A stretch of 64,000 bases of DNA from an uncultured Planctomycetota bacterium (lineage in GTDB: Bacteria; Planctomycetota; Planctomycetia; Isosphaerales; Isosphaeraceae). The stretch is from NCBI GenBank assembly GCA_963737655.1, contig CAVTTN010000002.1:6848001-6912000 (forward strand), given 5' to 3'. The notes below the pieces were generated by a model. It ran no database searches and was not told the origin of the DNA. It was given only the letters and a program-made list of their open reading frames with translations. The translations under genes and the position numbers were made by a program. This document shows positions 29,943 through 39,800 of this stretch, piece by piece (within the stretch, counting starts at the first letter, position 1; each line of letters opens with the position of its first letter).

Positions 29943-32632
29943 ATGAAGCACGATCCGAGAGTCTCCCGGGCCGTGACGTGGCTCCTCGCGTCGCTGTGGA
30001 TCGGGCCGGCGATCGCTGGCGCGGCGGACGGTTATGTCCCGTTCGAGGGCGAGAAGTCCTCCTGGCACGAGGGGTTCGACCGCTTCGATTTCGTGATGGA
30101 CGAGGGCACCCTGGAGGTCTCGCCCTTCAAGAAGCCCGAGAGGGAGGGCTTCGGGGTCGGAGGCCCCGAGGCGGGGAAGCGCCGGTGCCTCGTGATCGTC
30201 CCCAAGCAGCCCGCCCCCGGCCAGCCCTGGGCGTGGCGAGGCCAGTACTGGGACCATGAGCCCCAGGCCGAGGTCGAGCTGCTCCGTCGGGGCTTCCACG
30301 TCGCGTTCATCACGCCCGACCCGGGCAAGCCGTGGGAGGCGTGGCACGCCTACCTGACCGAGAAGCACGGCCTTTCCCCGCGTCCCGCGTTCGTCGGGAT
30401 GAGCAAGGGCGGGGTCAACGCCTATGAGTGGGCCGCCGCCCATCCCGACAAGGTCTCGTGCATCTACGCGGACAACCCCGCGATCCGTCCGGCGCCTTCG
30501 CAAAGCTCGGGGACCTGGCGGCGCACGAGGTCGCCCTCCTGAACGTCTGCGGCAGCCAGGATTTCCTCCTGGAACGGCACACCCTGGCGATCGAAGCCCG
30601 CTATCACCAGCTCGGCGGCCGGATCACCGTGATGATCAAGGAAGGCCCGGCCCACCATCCTCATAGCCTCCGCGACCCCGGGCCGATCGCCGACTGGATC
30701 GTCGAGCACGTCCGCCCCGAGGCCGACCGGCCCGGCTTCTCCGGCTCGGCCTTCGTGAAGTCGTCTTACTACGGCCCGGGGGTCGAATTCGTCCCCCTGG
30801 AGAAGGAGAAGACCTTCGTCACCTGCCGGGGGCCCGGGTTCGTGCCGTGCTACGAGCGTTTCGACGCCCGGACCGACAGCCCGTGGGGCGTCACGGGGAT
30901 GGCGGTGATCGCGCCGAAGACCGCCGCCCCGGGGATGCCCTGGGTCTTCCGGGCCGACCCGATCGGCCGGGAGGCGCCCGTCGATCAGGCCCTCCTGGCC
31001 GAGGGGTTCCACATCGTGGTGGCGCCCCTGGTCGCCCAGGCGGGGCCGGTCCGGAGCCAGTGGGACGAGCTTTACAAGCGACTCGTCGCCCAGGGCTTCT
31101 CCACCCGTCCCGTCCTGGAAGGGGCCGGGGCGGCGGCCGGAGAGGCGTATGCCTGGGCGATCGAGAACCCGGAGAAGGTCTCGTGCATTTACGGGGAGAA
31201 CCCGGCCCTCCGCAGCCTGATGGCCCCGGGATCGCTGCTGGACCGGCTCGAACCGCTCGCCCGCGCCAAGGTGCCCCTGATCCACGCCTGCGGCAGCCTC
31301 GACCCGTGGCTCGAAAGCCAGACCCGGGCGGCCGAGGCGCGGTATCAGGCGCTGGGCGGCCGGATGACGGTCCTCATCGACGAGGGCAAGGGCCACTTCC
31401 CCACGGCCCCGAGAGACCCGAAGCCGGTCGTGCAATTCGTCCTCGCCCAGCAGCCCAAAGCGTCGGCCAAGGCCGAGGCCAGGCCGCCAGACTACCGCTT
31501 CGACCGCGAGATCTCCCGGGAAGTCCTGGAGAACTACCTCTCCCGGGCGATCTCGATGGAGGGCCTGCTCAACGGTCGGGGTGACCTGGACGACAACATC
31601 CGGATGGTCAAGGACACCGGGGCCAAGTTCGTCGGGCGGGCCCTGTGCCTGTGGGGAGGGGAGGCCGACCTGCTCCGCAACCTCGACCGGGCCCGTCAGC
31701 AGGTCCCGAAGCTCCACGCCGCCGACCCCGACCTGGTCCTCCAGGCCTGCATCTTCGAGATCGTGACCGCCCAGGTCGAGCGGGTTCCGGTCCCGGACTG
31801 GGCGTTCGTCGCCCTGGGGCGGCCGGTCGAATCACGAAATTTCCGATACGCCGACATGCTCTACCCCGACGGCCGCCGGGTGAACCACTGGCGGAGGGGC
31901 CAGTCGGTCCCGGACGTCAGCCGGCCGGAGACGAAGCTCTGGTTCTTCTTCCTGGCGGCGTCGTTCCTCGACCTGGGCTTCGAGGCGATCCACCTCGGGC
32001 AGACCGAGTTGATGAACGGGAACGACCGCGACCTGGCCCATTATTCCGAGGTCCTCGGCCTGATCCGCGCCCACGCGGCCACCCACGCCCGCCGCCACCT
32101 GGTCCTCTGCGACTCGCACGTGCCCGGCGGCGGGCTGGTCCGCGACGGGCGGCTGCTGATGGACTTCCACTCGTTCCCCCTGAGGATCAAGGAGGTCCCG
32201 GATTCGCCCCAGAAGGCGGTCCTGGAGGCGGGATTCTCCGACAGCCTCTACGGGCGGAGCAAGGGCGGAGTCACGCCCAGCGGCTGGTCGTGCGAGCACT
32301 TGCCCTACCTCGTCGAGCTCGACAACTGGGGGGCCAGCCGGCACCCGGGCGAGGCCGGGCAGGGCGGGATCTGGGTCTGGGGTTATGATGAAATCACCTG
32401 GTTCGCCCACCAGCCGGAGGCCGTCCGGGCCTCATGGCTCCGCTACGCGAACGACTGGGTCCGCGCCACCGATCCAAACGGCCACCTCCAGATGCCCGGC
32501 AGCCGCACTTTGAGGTCGCCCCTCGACGACAAGCGATGGTATTTCGCCAATCGCCCGAGCCCGGCCGTGCCCGAGGGCCTGGGGGACGAGGCGGCGATCC
32601 GGGCGATCTGGGCGGACGATTCCAGTAAATGA
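29943..32632 (+). CDS. Secreted tandem alpha/beta-hydrolase with an extra C-terminal domain; frameshift near 30490
   Basis: Signal peptide and GMSKGG nucleophile motif. A second repeat has GAGAAA at the equivalent position. The frames join as YADNPAIRP-AFAKLGDL with +1 base. Confidence 0.75.
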
Positions 32633-32734
32633 GGACCTGTCCCGCGGTCTTGATCCTTGCGGGGCCGCCGCCCAAGATGATCGGAGGGCGGCCCTCCACC
32701 TCGCCGACTCGCCGAACCGCCTCCGAGGCCCTTG

Positions 32735-33962
32735 ATGGATGACGACGACTCGCTGACCTTCCTGGACGACGACGCCCCGGGCGAAGCCCCGGCCCCCCCG
32801 GACGACGGGCCCGACCTCGTCATCGACGATTCCGACCGCTATTCCCGCCTGAGACTGATCCCCTGGTGGCGCCAGGAGCGACTGGCGGCGGCCCGGGTGC
32901 TGGTCGTCGGCGCGGGCGCTCGGCAATGAGGTCCTGAAGAACCTGGCCCTTCTCGGCGTGGGCCGGACCGTCGTGATCGACCTGGATTGCGTCGAGCCGT
33001 CGAACCTCTCGCGATCGGTCCTGTTCCGGGCCGAGGACGGCGGCCAGCCCAAGGCGGAGGTCGCCGCCAGGCGCTCGATGGAGATCAATCCGGAGGTGGT
33101 CGTCTCGCCGATCCGGGGGGACGTGATCACCGACCTGGGCCTGGGCCTCTTCGCCGACGTGGACGTGGTCATCGGCTGCCTGGACAACCGCGAGGCCCGG
33201 CTCTGGGTCAATCGCCAGTGCTGGAAGGTCGGGACGCCCTGGGTGGACGCCGGGATCCAGGAGATCCAGGGCGTCGTCAAGGTGTTCGTCCCGCCCGATT
33301 CCGCCTGCTATGAATGCGCGATGACGGAAAAAGACTATCAATTGCTCAATCTTCGCTACAGTTGCCCGCTGCTCCGTCGCGAGGACATCCTGGCCGGCAA
33401 GGTGCCGACGGCGCCGACGATCGCCTCGATGATGGCGGCGATGGAAGTGCAGGAGGCGCTGAAGCTCCTCCACGGATTGCCCGTCCAGGCGGGTTCGGCC
33501 CTGGTGTTCAACGGAGTGACGAACCAGTTCTATTCGACGAAGCTGCCGTTCCGCGAGGACTGCCTGAGCCACGAGACCTATCCCGAGCCATCGGCGCTGG
33601 AAATCGGCCATTCGGCCACGGCCCGAGCGCTTTTTGACCTCGCCCGGCCGACCGTGGGAAGCCCGATGAGCCTGGCGCTGGACCGCGACCTCGTCACGTC
33701 GCTGGATTGCCCCCGGTGCGGGTGGCATCGGGAGGTCTTCCGCCCCCGGACCAAGGTCACGATGGCCGAGGCGGTCTGCCCGAAGTGCCGCGAAGGCGCG
33801 AGGCCGGAGGTCGTCGGCTCGATCGACGAAGGCTCGCCGCTGGCCGACCGGTCGCTGGCGGACCTGGGCGTCCCGGCTTACGATATCGTCCGGGTCGATG
33901 GGTCCGAGGGCAGCGGATTCTTCCTCCTGGCCGGCGACCGCGACGCCGCCTGGAAGTTGTGA
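32735..33962 (+). CDS. ThiF/UBA-type E1 activating enzyme; frameshift near 32920
   Basis: DRYSRL...RVLVVGAG[A]LGNEVLKNL, DLDCVEPSNLSR, CLDNREAR, CYEC, putative catalytic RYSCP, and C-terminal CPRC/CPKC. Confidence 0.9.
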
Positions 33963-33974
33963 GGACGATCGATC

Positions 33975-34718
33975 ATGGCCACCGCGACGGAATCCACGAC
34001 GACGCCTCGTCCCTCGAAGATTGAGCCGGTCCCGGCCCTCCACAATGGCGACCGCCTGAGCGCCGCCGAGTTCGAGAGGCTCTATCGCGAGACGCCGACG
34101 AAATTCAAGGCCGAGCTGATCGAAGGAGTCGTGTACGTGGCCTCACCCGTCTCGAATTCTCATGGCTCATCGCACTTCGATGCCGCCGGATGGCTCCTGG
34201 TCTACAGGGCGTCAACGCCCGGGATCGTCGGTTCGGACAACGGGACGATCCGTCTCGATCTCGACAATCGGCCCCAACCCGACCTCCACCTGCGAATTAC
34301 CCCGGAGTACGGTGGCCGGGCCCGGCTGAGCGAGGATGATTACGTCGTCGGCGCCCCGGAGTTCGTCCTGGAGGCCTCGTTTTCCAGCGCCAGCTACGAC
34401 CTCCACGACAAACTAAACGCCTATCGCCGGAACGAGGTCCAGGAATACGTGGTCTGGAGGGTCGAGAACCGGGCGATCGACTGGTTCATCCTCCGGGACG
34501 GCCAGTATGAGCGGCTCCCGATCACGCCCGAAGGGCACTACCGAAGCGAAGTGCTGCCGGGCCTCTGGCTCGACCCCAAGGCGATGCTCGACGGCGACCT
34601 CGGGCGAGTCCTGGCGGTCCTCCACCTCGGCCTGGCCAGCCCGGATCATGCCCGGTTCGTGGCCGATCTGCGGGCCCGGATCGCTCCCGACCGCCCGGCC
34701 GGGGAGGCCCGCCCTTGA
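33975..34718 (+). CDS. Uma2/DUF820 family endonuclease
   Basis: LHNGDRL, AELIEGVVY, PQPD, GAPEFVLE, YDLHDK..AY, EYVVW. Confidence 0.9.
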   Translation: MATATESTTTPRPSKIEPVPALHNGDRLSAAEFERLYRETPTKFKAELIEGVVYVASPVSNSHGSSHFDAAGWLLVYRASTPGIVGSDNGTIRLDLDNRPQPDLHLRITPEYGGRARLSEDDYVVGAPEFVLEASFSSASYDLHDKLNAYRRNEVQEYVVWRVENRAIDWFILRDGQYERLPITPEGHYRSEVLPGLWLDPKAMLDGDLGRVLAVLHLGLASPDHARFVADLRARIAPDRPAGEARP

Positions 34719-36145
34719 GCGACGAGGACATCCAGTTCGACGACGTGACCTATCGCGAGCCCCACAAGGCCCGGCGGCCGGACTTCGAGCGCAAGCTCGC
34801 CTGCTCGGCCTACATGGTCCCCGGCGCGATCGACTTGCCCATCTTCCTCGACCTCGAGCCGGCCGACGCGATCGAGCGCCACGCCCTGCGCGACGTCTCG
34901 GTCGAGCTCGGCGGCATCCTCCTGGGCAAGGAGTGCATCGACGAGGAGACGGGCCGCCCGTTCGTCTGGGTCACCGAGTCGATCGAGGCGAAGCATTACG
35001 AGAACACCCAGGCGAGCTTCACGTATACTCACGACTCCTGGGAGGAGATCACCCGCGAGCGCGACGCGAAGCATCCCGACCTGGACATCGTGGGCTGGTA
35101 TCACACCCACCCGGATTTCGGGATCTTCCTCTCGGGTCATGACCTGTTCATCCATCACAATTTCTTCGCCCAGCCGCTGCAGGTCGCGTATGTGGTGGAC
35201 CCGATCCGCCAGACTCGCGGGTTCTTCCAGTGGCGGGACGGGCAGATGGTCCAGGTCGGCGGGTTCCACCTGACGGCCCCCCGGGCCGATCGGCCGAAGC
35301 TCGCGAGGTTCGTCAACGAGCTGGAAGGGCTCCCCTCCGCCGACGGCGGCGGAGGGTCCGGGATGTCCCCCCGACTGGAGGCCGAGCTGATCGCCATGCT
35401 TTCGCGACCCCACACCGTGGCGGCGGCGACCGATCGGTCGCAGACGGCCGCGATCTTCACCCTGATCGGGGTGTTCCTGGCGTCCCTGGTCTTCGCCGGG
35501 GCCTACTGGCTCCAGACGATCGGCAAGGGGGTGCAGGACCAGGCCAAAGCGATCGAGATGCTGGCCCAGGCCCAGGAAAAGGCGGCGGCGGCCTCGGAGA
35601 AGTCGCTGGGCTCCGAGCGCGTCCGCGCCAAGGAGGAGGCGCTCGACTCGCTCCTCAGAGACGTGAAGATCGACCCCGCCGCCTCGCCCGCGAAGGTCCT
35701 CTCCCGCCTGACCGAGGCGAACGCGAAGAAGGACGAGGCCGTCCGGGCGATGGAGAGGATTCGCACGGAGAAGGAGGCGCTCGTCGACAAGGCCACGGCC
35801 CTCGACGGCCAGCTCCGGCTCCGGGAGCGGGAGTACGAGAACAACCTGGCGAAGGTCCAGGAGGACGAGAAGAGGGCCCGGGCCGAGCAGGAGAGGCTGG
35901 AGGGGGAGGTCGATTCGCTCAAGAAGGACCTCGAGGCCAAGGCCGGGGTGATCCAGGACGACAAGACCGGCGAGCTCCTCCGCCGGTACAACTGGTCGTG
36001 GTATCTCGCGCTGATCGGCTGGATCGGCTTCCTCCTCTGCGGGGTGGGCCTGGGGGCGGTGTTCGCCCGGCAGTCGGAGGAGGCGGAATCGCGGTCCCGG
36101 GAGGTGGCGAGCCACGATCCCGAGCCTCCCCACCAGATCACCTGA
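34715..36145 (+). CDS. JAB/MPN+ (Mov34) metallo-isopeptidase with two TM helices flanking a coiled coil
   Basis: E-LGGIL...VGWYHTHPDFGIFLSGHD (JAMM HxHx7Sx2D), followed by TM, heptad-rich region and TM. TTG start overlaps the Uma2 stop. Confidence 0.92.
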   Translation: MSDEDIQFDDVTYREPHKARRPDFERKLACSAYMVPGAIDLPIFLDLEPADAIERHALRDVSVELGGILLGKECIDEETGRPFVWVTESIEAKHYENTQASFTYTHDSWEEITRERDAKHPDLDIVGWYHTHPDFGIFLSGHDLFIHHNFFAQPLQVAYVVDPIRQTRGFFQWRDGQMVQVGGFHLTAPRADRPKLARFVNELEGLPSADGGGGSGMSPRLEAELIAMLSRPHTVAAATDRSQTAAIFTLIGVFLASLVFAGAYWLQTIGKGVQDQAKAIEMLAQAQEKAAAASEKSLGSERVRAKEEALDSLLRDVKIDPAASPAKVLSRLTEANAKKDEAVRAMERIRTEKEALVDKATALDGQLRLREREYENNLAKVQEDEKRARAEQERLEGEVDSLKKDLEAKAGVIQDDKTGELLRRYNWSWYLALIGWIGFLLCGVGLGAVFARQSEEAESRSREVASHDPEPPHQIT

Positions 36146-36196
36146 GAGGCCCGAGCCCGAGAGCCCAAGAGGCGGCGGCCCTCGCCGGTTCCCCCC

Positions 36197-37480
36197 ATGA
36201 AGAGTGTCCTCCTGGCGATCGCGTTGGTCTTGCCGGGGGCCGACGCCCCGGCCGTCGCCCCTCCGCCCGCTCCCGACGCCTCGAGCACCGACCCCGTCCC
36301 GGTCCCCGAGCCGACGGCGAAGGCCGTCCGCTTCTACCGGACGAGGCTGGTCGTCTGGGCCGTGAGCTGGGCCTGGACGCTGGCCATCCCCCTGGTCCTG
36401 GTCGTCACCGGGCTGTCGGCGAGGCTCCGGGCGTTGGCCTGGAGGCTGGGTCGGCGCTGGTTCTTCGCCGTCACGCTCTTCGTCGTGATGTACCTGGTCC
36501 TCGCGTACGTCCTGACGCTCCCCCTGGCGTTTTATTCCGGGTTCTGGCGGCTCAAGCAGTACGAGCTCTCGACCGAGACGTTCGGCGAATGGCTGCTGGA
36601 TTCGCTGAAGGGGCTGGGCGTGGAGGTGGTCACGATCTCGGCCGTGGCGTGGATTCCCTGCCTGCTCCTGGAGAGGAGCCCGAGGCGGTGGTGGCTCTCC
36701 ACGACCCTGCTCTCGGTCCCGATCATGTTCGGCTTCATGTTCCTGGCGCCGATCGCGGTGGACCCGCTCTTCCACGACTTCCACCCCCTCCGGGACAAGG
36801 CCGCCGAGGCCGAGATCCTCGCCCTGGCCCGTCGCGCGGGGATCGACGACGGACGGATTTTCGAAGTGGACATGAGCAAGAAGACCTCATCCGTGAACGC
36901 CTATGTGAAGGGGTTCCTCGGGACCAAGCGAATCGTCCTGTGGGATACCCTGCTGGCGAAGCTCGACCGCCGCCAGGCCCTGTTCGTGATGGGGCACGAG
37001 ATGGGGCATTACGTGCTCGGGCACGTGGTCCGAAGCCTGTTGCTGGGGGCGGTCGGGCTGGGGATCGTCCTGGGGTTCGTCCACCTGGCGGGATCGGCGC
37101 TGATCCGCCGGTTCGGGCCTCGATGGAAGATCGACCGACTCGGCGACCTCGCCGCGTTGCCCTTGCTCCTGTTCCTCGGCCGGGCGTTCGTGCTGGCGGC
37201 GATGCCGATCGGGATGGCCTACAGCCGCTACCAGGAACACGAGGCCGACCGCTTCGCCCTGGAACTGACCCGGGACAACCACGCCGGCGCCTCGGGATTC
37301 GCGAAGATGCAGGACCAGAACCTCAGCTACCCGAGGCCGGACTGGCTCGCCCAACTGTGGATGTCCACGCATCCCTCGCCGGGTGAACGGATCGACTTCT
37401 GCAACACCTATCGCCCCTGGGCCGAGGGCAAGCCGCTCCGATACGCCTCGCTCTTCCAGGAACAGCCGCCAGCCCCGTAG
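36197..37480 (+). CDS. M48 (Ste24/CAAX-like) membrane metallopeptidase
   Basis: NAYVKG, RIVLWDTL, GHEMGH, EHEAD, STHP and multiple TMs. Confidence 0.93.
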   Translation: MKSVLLAIALVLPGADAPAVAPPPAPDASSTDPVPVPEPTAKAVRFYRTRLVVWAVSWAWTLAIPLVLVVTGLSARLRALAWRLGRRWFFAVTLFVVMYLVLAYVLTLPLAFYSGFWRLKQYELSTETFGEWLLDSLKGLGVEVVTISAVAWIPCLLLERSPRRWWLSTTLLSVPIMFGFMFLAPIAVDPLFHDFHPLRDKAAEAEILALARRAGIDDGRIFEVDMSKKTSSVNAYVKGFLGTKRIVLWDTLLAKLDRRQALFVMGHEMGHYVLGHVVRSLLLGAVGLGIVLGFVHLAGSALIRRFGPRWKIDRLGDLAALPLLLFLGRAFVLAAMPIGMAYSRYQEHEADRFALELTRDNHAGASGFAKMQDQNLSYPRPDWLAQLWMSTHPSPGERIDFCNTYRPWAEGKPLRYASLFQEQPPAP

Positions 37481-37677
37481 GGTGCATGAAATGCACCATC
37501 CCGGCTTCGGCTCGCGTGGGATCGAAGATGGTGCATTTCATGCACCCTACGAATCCTGGGCGTCCCGTAGGGTGCATGAAATGCACCATCCCGGCTTCGG
37601 CTCGCGTGGGGTCGAAGATGGTGCATTTCATGCACCCTACGAATCCTGGCCGTCCCGTGGGGTGCATTGGATGCACT
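37477..37677. repeat. Tandem family B REPINs (two 90-bp units plus a partial unit)
   Basis: Near-identical units at 37477-37566 and 37567-37656, each gtagggtgcatgaaatgcacc...ggtgcatttcatgcaccctac. Confidence 0.92.
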
Positions 37678-37685
37678 CGGGCGCC

Positions 37686-38516
37686 TCAGGCCGAGGTGCA
37701 TTGCTTGCTGGAGCAGCCGAAGGTGGAGCAGGCGCCGACGAACGTCCAGCAATCGCGGTGGAAGGGGGTCTTGCACGCGATGCAGACGACGTGGAGGCCG
37801 ACGATCGGGTCTCCGCAGACCTCGCATTGCGGAGGGCCGGCGTCTTCCTCGGCGGGCCCGGCCTCGACGATCTCGATCCCCTCGGCCAGCCGCGACGTCA
37901 CGCCGTGCTGGAGGCAGTCGTGGAGCTTCAACGCCGCTTTCACGGCCGAATCGAGCAGGAGGGCCTGCGTGCCGAGGTTCCGATCGACCTGGACCAGCAG
38001 CCTCTCCGGGTTGATCGACACCAGCATCCCGAACGGCGGGGCGAGCTTGCGGAGGTCGTCCACGGCTTGCCGGGCCTCGGCCGATCGGAGGAACTCGCGG
38101 GCCATGTCGGCGTCGTTGGCCTGGACGACGTACCCGCGGTCGAACTCCGGATGGCCGGCGCGGACCGGCCTCGTCCCTTTCGGGGGCTGAGGAGGCGCCG
38201 GTCGGCCGTATGGGGCCAGCTCGAACCGGAACGGCAAGCCCCGGGCGAACCGCGCGACGACCCGGGTCCTCGGCAACGCCGGCTGGCCCGCCACGACCGG
38301 GGCCAGCCCGACCCTCACGGTCGATCCCAGGTGGCTGAAGCTCACCGTCGGCGGATCGACCATCCCCCGGCTCTCGTATTTCCCGCCGTACCTCGCGGCG
38401 ATCAGGCGATAGGCCCGATGCCTCGTCCCGGTCAGCCCCGCCACCAGCCGGGAGGCCAGGCGGACGATCAGGTAGAGCACGAGGAAGACGACCCCCAGCC
38501 CGATGACCTCTTTCAT
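37686..38516 (-). CDS. Membrane-anchored protein with C-terminal prokaryotic RING finger (Prok-RING_1-like; candidate E3)
   Basis: N-terminal TM and C-terminal CEVC-x10-CIAC-x4-HRDCW-x5-CSTFGC. Confidence 0.82.
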   Translation of the reverse strand: MKEVIGLGVVFLVLYLIVRLASRLVAGLTGTRHRAYRLIAARYGGKYESRGMVDPPTVSFSHLGSTVRVGLAPVVAGQPALPRTRVVARFARGLPFRFELAPYGRPAPPQPPKGTRPVRAGHPEFDRGYVVQANDADMAREFLRSAEARQAVDDLRKLAPPFGMLVSINPERLLVQVDRNLGTQALLLDSAVKAALKLHDCLQHGVTSRLAEGIEIVEAGPAEEDAGPPQCEVCGDPIVGLHVVCIACKTPFHRDCWTFVGACSTFGCSSKQCTSA

Positions 38517-38739
38517 GAGGGGTCCGCTCCTCGCCCTTTCGAAACTTCGAATCGCTCGCTCGCTCGATCGATCCGCGCGGAACGGATCGAGTGTAAGCCC
38601 CCGGACGAACCCGACGCAACGCCCGGGAGCCGCCATCGCTCCGCCGGCCCTTCCCAATCCGTCGCGGCCGGGTTACGATCCCCCTCCGGCCCCGAACCGA
38701 TCCGAACCGATCCGAACCGGCCGAGAAGGACGCCCGGCC

Positions 38740-39639
38740 GTGACCGACCCGAGCCCTCCGCCCAGCCAGGTCGCCGACTCGCCGGCCCTCGGTCGGTTGT
38801 TCGTCCTGGCCGCCGCGATCTTGTGGAGCGTCGGCGGGGTCGTGGCCAAGGGGCAGACGCTCCCTCCGATCGCCGTTTCGTTCTACCGGAGCTTGTTCGC
38901 CGGGCTGGCGCTCCTCCCGTTCGTCCCCCGGTCGCGATGGGCGTTCCGCCCGGCGATGGTGCCGCTCTCCCTGATCTTCGGCGCGATGATCGGCGTGTAC
39001 ATCGAGGCCATCGCCCGGACGACCGCCGCCAACGCGATCCTCCTCCAGTTCACGGCGATCGTCTGGACCGTGCCCGCCAGCCTTTTCTTGCTGAAGGAGC
39101 GGCCCGACCGGCGGAGCGTGGCCGGGATCGCCGTGGCGACGGTCGGCATCGCGATCATCCTCGCCTGGGGCCGAGGTGGCAAGCCGGGCGAAGGGCTGGG
39201 GATGCTCCTGGGCCTGGCCAGCGGGATCGGCTACGCCGCGGCGATCATCGGGATGAGGTCCATGAGGGACGTCGATCCGATCTGGCTGAGCGCCGTGACG
39301 AACCTCGGAGGCGCCCTGGCGCTGGGGGCCTTCGCCCTGGTCGCGATCGGCCCGATCCCCCTGCCGACGGGCCGGCAATGGCCCATGCTGATCGCCTTCG
39401 GGGTCGTCCAGATGGCGATCCCTTACGCCCTGTTCGCCCGGGGCCTGAAGTCGATCGGCGCCCCCGAGGCGGGCCTGATCTCGCTGCTGGAGCCGGTCCT
39501 GAACCCGATCTGGGTCGTCCTGGTCCACGGAGAGCGGCCCTCGACGTTCACGATCGTCGGCGGCCTCCTGTTGCTGGCCGGGGTGGCGGTCCGTTACGTG
39601 CCGTGGGGTCGTCAACCAAGGCCTGAAAACACCAAGTAG
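38740..39639 (+). CDS. EamA/DMT family transporter
   Basis: About 10 TMs in two EamA repeats; LLEPVLNPIW...GE. Confidence 0.9.
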   Translation: MTDPSPPPSQVADSPALGRLFVLAAAILWSVGGVVAKGQTLPPIAVSFYRSLFAGLALLPFVPRSRWAFRPAMVPLSLIFGAMIGVYIEAIARTTAANAILLQFTAIVWTVPASLFLLKERPDRRSVAGIAVATVGIAIILAWGRGGKPGEGLGMLLGLASGIGYAAAIIGMRSMRDVDPIWLSAVTNLGGALALGAFALVAIGPIPLPTGRQWPMLIAFGVVQMAIPYALFARGLKSIGAPEAGLISLLEPVLNPIWVVLVHGERPSTFTIVGGLLLLAGVAVRYVPWGRQPRPENTK

Positions 39640-39782
39640 GGTGCATGCAATGCACCAATAACGCGGTGGCCATCGGCCACCCTCCGTTTCTCTCTCCCCA
39701 TTCCCGATAGAACGGGGAGACGGAGAGGATCAGGAGGGCGGCCGACGGCCGCCGCGTCGTTGGTGCATGGCATGCACCATAC
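39636..39782. repeat. Family B REPIN
   Basis: gtagggtgcatgcaatgcacc ... ggtgcatggcatgcaccatac. Confidence 0.85.
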
Positions 39783-39800
39783 AGGACTGCCCGGGGCGGG

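Noticed and set aside
32900..32940. Programmed frameshift regulating E1
   Set aside because: No slippery heptamer, and similar lesions occur in unrelated genes across the window.
32735..33962. E1 as MoeB/ThiF for cofactor biosynthesis (moaC is in the window)
   Set aside because: moaC is 26 kb away. The E1 neighbours are E2, JAB and a YukD-like Ubl, not MoaD/MoaE or ThiS/ThiG, and it has no rhodanese domain.
37477..37677. Possible CRISPR array
   Set aside because: The repeats alternate in orientation, the intervening sequences are near-identical rather than unique spacers, and no cas genes are present. These are REPINs.
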